Source: Utricularia gibba
Taxonomy: Eukaryota > Plantae > Magnoliophyta
Assembly (NCBI GenBank): GCA_002189035.1
Contig: NEEC01000014.1
Location: 2,728,001 to 2,792,000, forward strand
Length of the DNA stretch: 64,000 bases
Direction of reading: 5' to 3'
The notes beneath the pieces were generated by a model that saw nothing but the letters and a program-made list of their open reading frames with translations, made no database searches and was not told the origin of the DNA. Made by a program: the position numbers and the translations under genes. Shown piece after piece: positions 1 to 9,987 of this stretch; within the stretch, counting starts at the first letter, position 1, and each line of letters begins with the position of its first letter.

Positions 1-441
1 TCTGCCAGTACAGAGTAAAGCACGCCTGATATGTTCCCACTGTCGTTCAACTTTCATGCAACTCCATTATGGCTACTTTGATTGATGCAATTTTGTGACG
101 GATTGCTTGTCGGTGTTGGGTCATTTAGGAGATAGTGGTTTGTTAACAACCCCGATATGTTGTTCAGTGGTTTAACTGTTTTGTTGTGGACTGTTCTTAG
201 TAAGTGGTCGTCTAAAGATTAAGAAGCTTCACTTTGCAGTCCAGATTTGCTACTCATATATTCAGGAAGGATGAGCATTTCAGTCTCAGTTTTTAAAAAC
301 ATTCGCCTCCATATATGATGAACTACAGCTTTCCATTAGTAAATTGTTGATAAAGCAAGTCACTAGGACTAGGAATTCATCCTGTTCCTGAAATGTGCAG
401 GTTGTTTTATGATCTAACCCATGATGGTGTTATTTGTACAG

Positions 442-699
442 GCGTCTGCAGCCATGCCTTCCACTTCCATTGCGTCAGCAGGTGGCTCAAAACCCGCCAA
501 GTTTGCCCTCTTGGTAAGCATTGGAGTGCATGTGGACAGCCTTTGTGGTTTGAGAAGCACACCAAATGCGTCCCTATCATGAGTTTGCTTATTAGATGAA
601 ATGCTCCCCTCCCCACTCGGTTCTTTTGCCTGGTGACTTGTAACCTCTGCACTTTGTACAGATAACAGCGAGTGGGAATTTAACAAGTATGGCCACTGA
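442..699 (+). CDS. RBX1: RING-box protein 1 (SCF/CRL E3 subunit), last two exons only (442-513, 662-699); 5' part lies upstream of the window
   Basis: The spliced exons read [24 protein letters not shown]|[12 protein letters not shown], the RBX1 RING-H2 C-terminus. The intron 514-661 is GT-AG. Confidence 0.95.
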
Positions 700-1460
700 A
701 GTCTTTGCCATAGCATCCTCCCGGATTCTTAGAATGCTATCTGTCCTATCTACTCCAACCCGGTTTAAAGTATGGTCCAAGTTCAAAAAGCTTTCTTCAA
801 CACATTTTCCCTGATTCATAAAAGTAGTAACCCAAAGTTGTGAGTGTCGACATATTATTAAAATTATAAATTAATATAATTAATTTAGTGGTCCCACACG
901 TGTGTGTTTGATGTCCTCCTGAAACCCTCATGTAGAGCATTACATTGTAATAAATAATTCTGATTCCGAATTTCCCTAATAAAATTCGGGGGTGTATATA
1001 AATATTGTCATCTTTCGGGCGAAAATATTGACCCCCTTCACTTCAAAATTTTTTGATGGAGTGTGTGAGATAAAAGGAGAGAATCACCCAATAAAATGTG
1101 GGTGTGGTGAGAGGCTGCTGATCCCATCATTTTCTGTGCTGTAAATAGCACTTCTTTTGTCTTTTTCTTTTCCTTGGGTTAGAAAATTGAGTCGGGGTAC
1201 TTTTGGAATTACATTCGAAAGGCACCAGCCATCCTCCCCTTGTGATGGGTGAAAAATGAAAAGGCGTGAAATGGGGGGATGATGAGTTGTCAGTGGCATT
1301 TCGGTTATTATCTTCACTTTCATGCCGCTTTTGTAACTCCCCCTCTCAGTAATCACTGACTCACGAGTGGGCCGCACTAACTCACTCTTCCTTCTTTTAT
1401 ATCCTCCTCCATCTCCTCCCCCCAATTCCTCCTTTGAGATCCCATCCACTCAGCCTCGGA

Positions 1461-3854
1461 ATGGGTTTGGGTTTCCATAGCATCGCTTCTTTTGCTTTCC
1501 TTTTCTTTTTCGCCGCGGCCGCCGATGAGGCGGCGGCGGTCGCTTCTTCAAAGAAACCGTATATTGTTCACATGAAGCGCCATTTGAAGCCGTCGGAGTA
1601 CTCCACTTACGCCGAATGGTACTCCGACCATTTGCTGTCTATCTCTTCCGCTTCCCAGGATTCACTCCTCTACACTTACGACGCTGCCTACAGTGGCTTC
1701 GCTGCCGCGATGTCGCCGGAGGAGGCGGAATCGCTCCGCAGCTCAGATTTAGTGGTTGGGGTGTACGAGGACAGGGTTTATTCTCTCCATACTACCAGGA
1801 CTCCGCAGTTTCTGGGTCTTGATCTGGAGATCGGTGCTTTGGCTGGAATCAACGTTCAGGGTCTGAATCAAGCTTCTGCGGATGTTATCGTCGGTGTTCT
1901 GGACACTGGGGTTTGGCCTGAGTCTAAGTCGTTTAATGATGCCAACATGCCGGATGTGCCTGCGAGGTGGCGGGGCGGTTGTCAGGCGACTGCAGATTTC
2001 AATCCTAAGATCCACTGTAACAAGAAGCTAATCGGCGCTCGTTTCTTCTCCAAGGGGTACCAAGTGTTTTCTAGTTCTGGATCCACCGAATCTCCTTCCC
2101 CACGGGATACCGACGGCCATGGAACTCACACATCCAGCACCGCCGCCGGTTCTCCGGTCTCAAACGCCAGTTTGTTAGGTTACGCCAGTGGGAATGCGAG
2201 AGGAATGGCGCCCCACGCGCGAGTGGCGACTTACAGAGTTTGCTGGAAGTCTGGTTGTCTTGGATCCGATATACTTGCTGCTATGGACCGTGCGATACTC
2301 GACGGTGTCGATGTGTTGTCTTTGTCACTAGGCGGCGGTTCTGCGCCGTACGCGCACGACACAATTGCTATTGGAGCTTTCGCGGCGATGGAGAGAGGGA
2401 TATTCGTTTCCTGTTCCGCCGGAAATAGTGGCCCGGGAAAATCGTCGATTGCGAACGTGGCCCCGTGGATAGCGACGGTGGGTGCGGGTACACTCGACAG
2501 GGATTTCCCCGCTTTCGCTACCCTTGGGAACGGTCAAAAATTCACCGGAGTTTCGTTATACTCCGGAAAACCATTGGCGCCGAACAAATTGGTTGAATTA
2601 GTCTATGAACCAGGGAAAAATAGTTCTAGCAATTTGTGTTTAGCAGGTTCTCTGGATCCCGCAATTGCCCGGGGAAAGTGGTGCTCTGCGACAGAGGAAT
2701 TAACCCCAGAGTGGAGAAGGGAGCAGTAGTGAGAGATGCCGGTGGCGTGGGGATGATTCTGGTTAACACAGCTGCTAACGGAGAAGAGCTAGTTGCAGAT
2801 AGTCACTTGATTCCGGCGGTGGCCTTCGGGAGGAAAACCGGCGACATTATACGGAAATACGTTACAAGTACGAAGAACCCATCAGCGACATTGACCTTCG
2901 GCGGCACGGTGGTGAATGTGAAGCCGTCACCGGTTGTGGCGGCATTCAGTTCACGGGGTCCGAATACAGTGACTCCACAAATATTGAAGCCCGATCTGAT
3001 TGGCCCAGGAGTCAACATCCTCGCCGCATGGTCCCTCGCCGTTGGACCCACCGGTCTTGAGAAAGACAACCGCAGATCTCCGTTTAACATCATCTCCGGT
3101 AAGAGATATCGAATCTGTCCCCACATAGCAACGGCTATAAATTCTGTGACTCTGAAGCTTCGTCAATGGGGGATTCTGTTACAGGGACATCAATGTCATG
3201 CCCGCACATAAGTGGATTAGCTGCGTTGCTGAAAGCAGCGCACCCAAAATGGAGCCCGAGCGCGATCAAGTCGGCGTTGATGACCACCGCCTACACCGTC
3301 GACAATTCCAAATCACCGCTCCGGGACGCCTCCGATTTCTCGATCTCAACTCCGTACGCCCACGGTGCCGGCTACGTAGACCCCCACCGTGCAATTTCCC
3401 CAGGGCTGGTCTACGACGCCTCCCCGGGGATTACATTGCATTCCTCTGCTCGCTCGGGTACACGGACGAAATGCTGCACGTAATCGTGAAGAGGCCTAAT
3501 GTAACATGTGAACGAAGTCGGAAATTCCGCGATCCCGGCCAACTAAACTACCCTTCCTTCTCTGTGGTATTTGGGAAGAGTAGGGTGGTGAGGTATACCC
3601 GTGAGTTGACGAGCGTGGAGCCGGCAGGATCGGTTTATCGGGTTCTGGTGAAGACACCAGAGGGGGTGGTGGCGACGGTGAAACCGGAGCTGCTCGAGTT
3701 CAAGAAGGTCGGCGATAAGAGGACGTTTACGGTGACCTTCATTTCAGGAAGGGGGGCGAAGCCGGCAGCAGGCGGTGCCTTCGGATCCATCGTTTGGAAG
3801 AATGCAGATCATGAAGTGAAAAGCCCGGTGGCCTTCTCTTGGGCGGCTGCCTGA
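1461..3854 (+). CDS. SBT1.8: Subtilisin-like serine protease, SBT1.8-like (about 769 aa after repairing two -1 frameshifts); exons 1461-3098 and 3185-3854
   Basis: Signal peptide, I9 prodomain ([12 protein letters not shown]), catalytic DTG, HGTHT and G|TSMSCPH motifs, PA domain, and C-terminal [10 protein letters not shown]. Single-base losses in homopolymers at about 2671-2677 and 3426-3429. An 86-bp GT-AG intron lies at 3099-3184. Confidence 0.9.
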
Positions 3855-4080
3855 GATTTGTGTTGCCTCTCTGCAGTTAATTAAGGTCATGGGGATGTAC
3901 TCCTCAAGACCCAACTGCTTTCAAATTTTAAGATATAAGAAAAAATTTAACCCCGGTGAGTTCTTTGCGATGCAGGCTCATTCATCCAGAAAATAATGAA
4001 TTAATACACACGACACTTTCCTTTGGGGGCCGGTGGGCCGTGGAGCGGCAAAGTGACTAGGACCGGCGGTGCACTCCGGC

Positions 4081-4714
4081 TCAATGATACACGTAATCAA
4101 GGACTGCGAACACTCCAACGACAAAGGCATGATCAACCCCATTTCTTATTTCTACATGGTACACATCCCTCATAGCCGGAGACTCATCCTCCACCATCAG
4201 AGCAAGGGTTTCCCCCTCCGCATCCATGATCCGGCATGATCTCTCCCAGAAGTCCCCCGTGATCGCCAATTCCTTTTTCGATTCCACCAGAATTGTTGAT
4301 ACGGATCCTGGCGTGAGACAAGAGTTAAGCTCTTTGAGGGTGAAAACAAGCCCTTTGAGACTTCCGTTCAGGTCAACAGCTGTGGCTCTCCATTTCTTGG
4401 GGAAAATTCCTCCTCCCTGTATGACGGACACGTAAGCAAGATGGTGAACACACATCAAAGAGAGACAGACATACCTCTCGTCGAATCAGAAGCAATCGAT
4501 TTGCTTCCCCGTCCCTAAGAATCATCTCGTTTCTGCGTCCGATGGCGTCATAGCCATCCACCCAGAAAACGATCCGCTTATCGGAATCAGTCACCACGAG
4601 GCCGCCACCATTGATGACACTCGGACGGCGTCGAACCTGAAGAACCTCAGCGAGGGGACGGCAATACACACTGTTCACAATGGGGATCATCTTTACCATT
4701 TTGGTGGCTTCCAT
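4081..4714 (-). CDS. LURP-one-related (Tubby C 2) protein, LOR6-like, 191 aa; exons 4714-4475 and 4416-4081
   Basis: IPIVNSVYC...RRRPSVINGGGLVVTD...FWVDGY joins in frame to GGIFPKKW...GDFWERSCRI...GVDHAFVVGVFAVLDY through a 58-bp GT-AG intron. Confidence 0.85.
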
Positions 4715-5050
4715 TCCTCTGCGAAAATTTGCAGGTTGAATATATTAATAGCACAAGATTCTCTTTTGCAAAATGCCATCCACTCTTCACATTGGATTGA
4801 ACACGCCACCGAACCACCTCTAAGACACGGGAATTATGGAGAAAAAAGATTCGGGAATCATGAAACTTAATCACAATTCGCTGTTTGGGAAACTCCCAAA
4901 CTACAAAAATTTGACTTTGTTTGTTTGTCCCTATCTATCAGAAGAGGAGAGATAGAGACAAAGATGGCGACGGAAAACAAAACAAGATATTTTCCGTGTT
5001 TTATTGTCTATGATACAAAGCCCCATATCACAGCAAACAGGGTGGGAAGG

Positions 5051-6275
5051 CTAGTGAGAATTTCTGGCACCAAGGTTTCTGGAGAGTTCCTTGATCAGAG
5101 GTTTCTCCTTCACAGCATCCACCCTCTGAAGGCGGGATTTTTTGTTGAAATCTTCAGCCTGTGAATAAAGAAAGGCTCATAGGAGTTTTATTCACTATAC
5201 AAGAGGTTTTACCACAGGTCGAAGAAACGGCCATGATACCCAGGTTCTCATCGGCTTCACTTGCTCCCTAAATTTTTCCAGTCCTGGCTGAACAAGGTCC
5301 TTTCCTCTGAAGCGTATATCGTCCGTCTTATCAATGAGGATCAAAAAGCATGTTAATGTCAATGGACCATCAATGTAGAATACAGAGCTTTTGTAGATTA
5401 TAGTATCATTTTATAGCCAACAATGAAAACAATTGTCGGAACTGATCCCAGAGAGATTTCATTGGGAAAATCTTACGCTATGTAGCTCAAATCTGGATGC
5501 AAGGAAGCTGAAAACCACTGCGGAGCCACCAAATACAAGAGTAGTAGCGATAGCGAATGCTGATCCAACTGCTCAGTGGTAGAAAGAATAATGAATCACA
5601 AATTCTGAGATAGCTTGTGTGCCGACACGTCAAAGCAGTAACAAATGGGATCTTTTCAGAATTGAACAACAACGTACTATTTGCAAGCCCTGCAGCAGCA
5701 GCCTTCAGCTTGGCTGGATTTATCCGGGTGTGTTGGTCCTTCCGTAGATCGTTCGCCGTTGATGCGAAAACAGTGTTCTGTGAGCTTGGTAACTCCCACC
5801 TAAATCAACATAACACAGCCACATGAACAGCGCATCACGACAACCATAAACAGATTAAAAAAATAAAACCAAATACAAACCCTTTGTCTAAACAAAGAAT
5901 CGAGAAAAATCACAGACCTCTTAGGGCCAAAAGTAACTGTCGGCAGAGAAACATAAGCTCTCAGAGGATTCAGAGCATCGATTGAAACTCCCCGAGCCCC
6001 ATCCATTTTCTGATCCGGCTTCAGAGACCATTTGGATGGACAAGAGAGGGTCGATACGGAAGTCTCCGACGACGAGGTGAAAATATTGGGGGCAATCTGT
6101 GCCTCAAAACCTCTGGAAGAACATCGGCGGATGCGGCGTCGTTGAATTTGGGGACTTTTTCAGTTACGTGCGCCGAATTCTTTTGGCTCTCGATGATACG
6201 GGTAACCGCTTGTTTGGATTCCTTCAAGAAGTAGGAGCCCTCGGTGCTCGCCAATCTTCCTGCCAGAAAGCTCAT
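5051..6275 (-). CDS. Conserved plant protein of unknown function with one hydrophobic segment; exons 6275-5918, 5799-5678, 5568-5477, 5326-5240, 5158-5051
   Basis: MSFLAGRLASTEGSYFLKESKQAV...ADVLPEVLRH...LNPLRAYVSLPTVTFG|RWELP...ASTANDLR...IGSAFAIATTLVFGG...DDIRFRGKDLVQP...KEKPLIKELSR. All four introns are GT-AG and phase-compatible. One -1 frameshift lies in the G5 run at 6088-6092. Confidence 0.8.
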
Positions 6276-6515
6276 CCCCGCTGGCTCCTCCTCTGTCGTT
6301 GCCCTTGACTTGCGCGAGGGATTTTTCTTTTCTTCCCTCCCCAAGAAAACTAACTTATGAAAACTGGTGCTCACTGCTGCGCCAGTCACTCGCTCACCCA
6401 TTTCCAATTTTCATTTTTATTTCAATAATTAAAAAATATTTTTTAAAAAAATTTAAAAATAATTTCTAGAAATATTCGTTATTTTTAAGAAATGAATTCT
6501 CCGAACGTCTCGTAC

Positions 6516-6610
6516 CACGTGAATGTATTAAACTGTTACTTTAAAGTGCAACACGTGAATGTGATGAGTCCGCCAACTTCCTCTGTAACATAAAACACGT
6601 GCCTATAAAA
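6516..6610 (+). promoter_or_regulatory. Three G-boxes (CACGTG at 6516, 6552, 6596) and a TATA box (TATAAAA, 6604) upstream of the JAZ gene
   Basis: The motifs are read directly from the sequence, about 100-200 bp upstream of the JAZ ATG. G-boxes are established MYC2-class bHLH sites in JAZ promoters. Confidence 0.65.
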
Positions 6611-6712
6611 ACTAGACTCAACACGCCCTTGTGGTGCTTCCTTCAAACGATTCCCCTTCCGCTTTTGCTTATAAAGCGCAACCAATTCTCCTCTAATTTT
6701 CGCCCCTTCATC

Positions 6713-7785
6713 ATGCGCTCCGCCGTTGCTCCGGTTTCTGATAAGTTTTCCACTGCCTCCTCCCAGGCCTCTCCCTCACTGAGCAAGCGTGTGAAGGAGA
6801 AAACAACCATCGAAGAAGAATTCACACTCGCATTGCATCGGATCTCTGATCCAGAAGGTTTTTTGCTGCCATTTTAACTTGCTGTCTTCGGCAGATCAGA
6901 AATTGAATTGATTTGATTGCGATGTCGTTGATTCAGATCCTTGACTGAAGCTTAATAGTCCGTCCGGATCCGATGAACTGACATGTGCGTTTATTGAACT
7001 TGAATAGTTGTGGATCCGATGCAATGGTCTGAGGATTTTGTTAACGATTGTGGTCAGCAAGAGGCGATGCTCCTTCACCAGCCGATCGCCGGCGTCGGTG
7101 ACGTGACCGAGGAGCCAGATCTGAAGTAAATGCCCTTCTCTTCCAACAGCATTTTCGATTTCCATTCATTCTCGCCATTTTGTTTATTAGACTGGGTTCT
7201 GTGCGCTTCGGTTCCAGATGTGAGACATCCCGTGCAGAAACGGCGTATAATAGTACCATGACCATTTTCTACGCCGGCCAGATCGTCGTCATTAAAGACC
7301 TTCCGGCGAGTAAAGCTCATGAGATTTTCCAACTTGCCGCTGGGGCGCCTGACTCTGCCCCCTGCACCCGTAACAACACTTCCACAGCCAATGACTTGTT
7401 CCACACGCCAGGCAAGTACTCATTCAACCAAAATTTGAACAATCGACGTAGCACGTTAAGAAATTTTGGTACGTTCCCTGATAACATAGTTAAAAATGTA
7501 GCCTAGTTAACCAATTTGAGAGAGTTTGGGCATCTGCCAACAGCGTGATAATTATTATTTGTTTGCCTCTTCCAATTAGGTCTCCCGACAGCCAGAAAAA
7601 AATCAATAGCACGGTTTCTGGAGGAGAGGAAAGACAGGTGAGCTCGAAACTGAATGGATTTCTTCTTAAATAGAAGCTCTGAAAATTATTGAAATTGCAG
7701 AATGATTAGAAATGCGCCCAAGCGCCCCGCCTACGACCAACAATGGTTGAGCTTGTCTCCTCCTCGAGTGACCGGCCAAAACTAG
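6713..7785 (+). CDS. TIFY/JAZ jasmonate-ZIM-domain repressor (TIFY10-like), 199 or 218 aa; exons 6713-6857, 7008-7125, 7218-7411 (or 7468), 7580-7637, 7701-7785
   Basis: ZIM motif MTIFYAGQIVV...PASKAHEIFQLA, Jas-like GLPTARKKSIARFLEERKDR and C-terminal QWLSL. The intron after KDR is at the conserved Jas position, and all exon phases are consistent. Confidence 0.88.
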
Positions 7786-8082
7786 GAGGCTGCTACTTAT
7801 GGCAATAATGATGACCTGCATAACCCAAGCGGCTATTCATAATCGACCTAGCGACATAGGAGTTGTTCTTGATTTAGGGCAAAGTGTCGGAAGTTGGATC
7901 CAATGAAGCTTTAGAGAAATGCCTTCACGTATCCCCTATACCCTATCCCGCGGGAGCTAATTGTGTGTGTGGAATTTTAAGCCACGGGGAATGATGCAGT
8001 TTTACATAATTATTTAACGTAATAGCGACTCTTCAAAAAAGAGAGAAATATAGAGAGAGGAAGTCATTGAATCGGAATTTAA

Positions 8083-8390
8083 GGGGTTTATTTGAAAAAT
8101 ACTTATATCTCTTCTATCTAATTTGAAAAATACTCATTATCTTAAAATCTTTTGATAAATCACCATCATTAATATTTCTTTTAAAATTAAATACACAAAA
8201 AATAGTGTATTTCATATTTTTATCAGTGTATTTACTAAAATTTTCAGAAATAATGATAAATGTCATATTATTTGTATTTAAAATATATAATATTAAAAAA
8301 CATTGTAATAAAATTTGATATATTATATTATGTAATTTAAAATATACAAAATAAATATCAATTATTTGGTAATTATTCTCAATACATCCC
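8083..8390. mobile_element. Possible AT-rich MITE-like element (Tourist-like)
   Basis: Imperfect terminal inverted repeats (GGGGTTTATTTGAAAAAT ... ATTCTCAATACATCCC) flank about 300 bp of extremely AT-rich DNA. The TSD is not clean. Confidence 0.25.
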
Positions 8391-8654
8391 AATAGTAAAT
8401 TAATTCTAAAAAAACATGAAAATATTTATTCAAATTATTACACTAAATGATTTCAACTCCTTTTTTTAATCCAAAAATATTTTATCATGTATCATTTAAT
8501 GATATAATTGCTATATACAAGTTTTTTAAAATATTTATTTTTTTAAAAAGTTAAATATAAATATATTGTGTTCTGCGTTTAATAACAGATAATGTCCAAT
8601 ATATTGTGCCCACCATTTCAAAATAACAATCAACATATACCATATTCTGGGTGC

Positions 8655-9987
8655 TGATGCAAATAAGAATCAATGCCCATGAAAGGTGTTGTTGCGTGTC
8701 GTTTCTTCAACAAATTTTAAATATTTAAAACATAAAACACAAATGAGCGTAGTACGAATATTGATTTCAGGGAGTTGTTTTTCGTGAAAAGTGTTTTGTA
8801 AGAAACTTCTACAAAATGTCACAGTTTTGTAAAAGGACGTTTGTGAAATGCAGAAATGAAAGATACAACCTAAGTGATGGGCCTTGACTACGGGACGCAG
8901 TTCTTGGGAATAAGATTTTATCTCCTTCCTTTGTCCATTCTTGTTTCGGTTTTCACTGATTTCTTTCGAATAACTGGTTATAGAAGCAAGGAATAACCTA
9001 CTCTCCCATACACTCTGATTGACAAGGAGGCATGGGAATAGCCTCATGTGATTCCCCCTTGGACGATTGAGAAGACAACAGGATTGCCTTCAATTGTCTT
9101 CAAAATTGAATTGTGCGCGTGTGCCCAGTTATTGCCAATGGCTAGTGGCAGGTCTGAGGTCACAACCTGTCCATTGTCGCGGTACCTAGGTCACAAATAA
9201 TCCGCTACTTCCCTCAAACTGGCAGGGTTGGAGTTGTTGCTTTTCACCAAAATCCGTGAGGAGTAGCCTGCTACTCATGGATCTTGACTAAGAGTTGTTA
9301 CAGAAAAACTGCAACAAGATGCGTGAAAGTATGCAGAATCCGAAATGAATTCAGAAAAGAACCGAGTGTCTTGCTTAAGACTTGGAAGGAAACTTCATCT
9401 TCTCCAAGACACTAAAGAAGTTTAGCCCAAAAGGGCCATGAAAATAGAAACGAAATTGGAAACTAAGTGTTTTTCCTCTTTAGAGGAGAGGGAGAACTCA
9501 TAAGTTCTAAATCTAGAAAGAAAATGACAAAAGTCTGAAAATAAGTATTCCAAGTTGCTTTTATATCACTCCCCACGTGCATTAACTCCTTTTGGTCTTC
9601 CTCCCATCATTCCTTCTGTCTTGTGTGCGCGAACAGCTTTTCTTTACATGCAAGTTAGCGCCCAATCATTTCTGTAAACGCTGACATGTCGTAAGTCAGG
9701 GGCCTTGACCAGTGTCAGTCTTCTGCCTACAATTTTTCCAAGTCGTGTACAAGGCATGAAAAGTCAGAGTCTGACCTCCTGCAATACTTCTGCAACACTC
9801 CACGACAATTTCCTGACATGTCTTGGTTAAAGTGCACATAAAAAGGCAGAAAATATATACAAAATAGGAAAATAGAATTTTTCTAAAGAAATACAATATT
9901 TATCAATATAAATCCTAAATTGGGCAACTTAACATTAGATTAATACATAATAATATTTAATAATAAACTAGAAAATGACACTTAACA
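8655..9987 (-). mobile_element. Solo LTR, Ty3/gypsy (Athila-like family B), 1333 bp
   Basis: TG...CA termini with TSD GGTGC/GGTGT (4 of 5). Homologous to 34028-35387, sharing the end GAAAATGACACTTAACA and internal blocks. Confidence 0.7.

Noticed and set aside
1616-3166. Small alternative-frame and antisense ORFs overlapping the subtilase
   Set aside because: They are shadows of a GC-rich coding exon and have no homology signal.
2636-3854. Programmed frameshifting or RNA editing as the explanation for the split SBT ORFs
   Set aside because: There is no slippery heptamer or downstream structure. The same -1 homopolymer pattern occurs in unrelated genes, so consensus error is simpler.
4050-4083. 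LURP gene C-terminus possibly clipped by another frameshift (ends LDYVYH*)
   Set aside because: There is no homopolymer at the site and the alternative frames give no clearly better match, so it is left as a slightly short terminus.
6858-6894. Apparent 37-bp intron in JAZ (acceptor GGCAG at 6894)
   Set aside because: It is too short and leads to a stop after five codons. The acceptor at 7007 gives a continuous frame.
8114-8392. 92-aa minus-strand ORF
   Set aside because: It is low-complexity I/F/K/N/Y translation of very AT-rich, MITE-like DNA.
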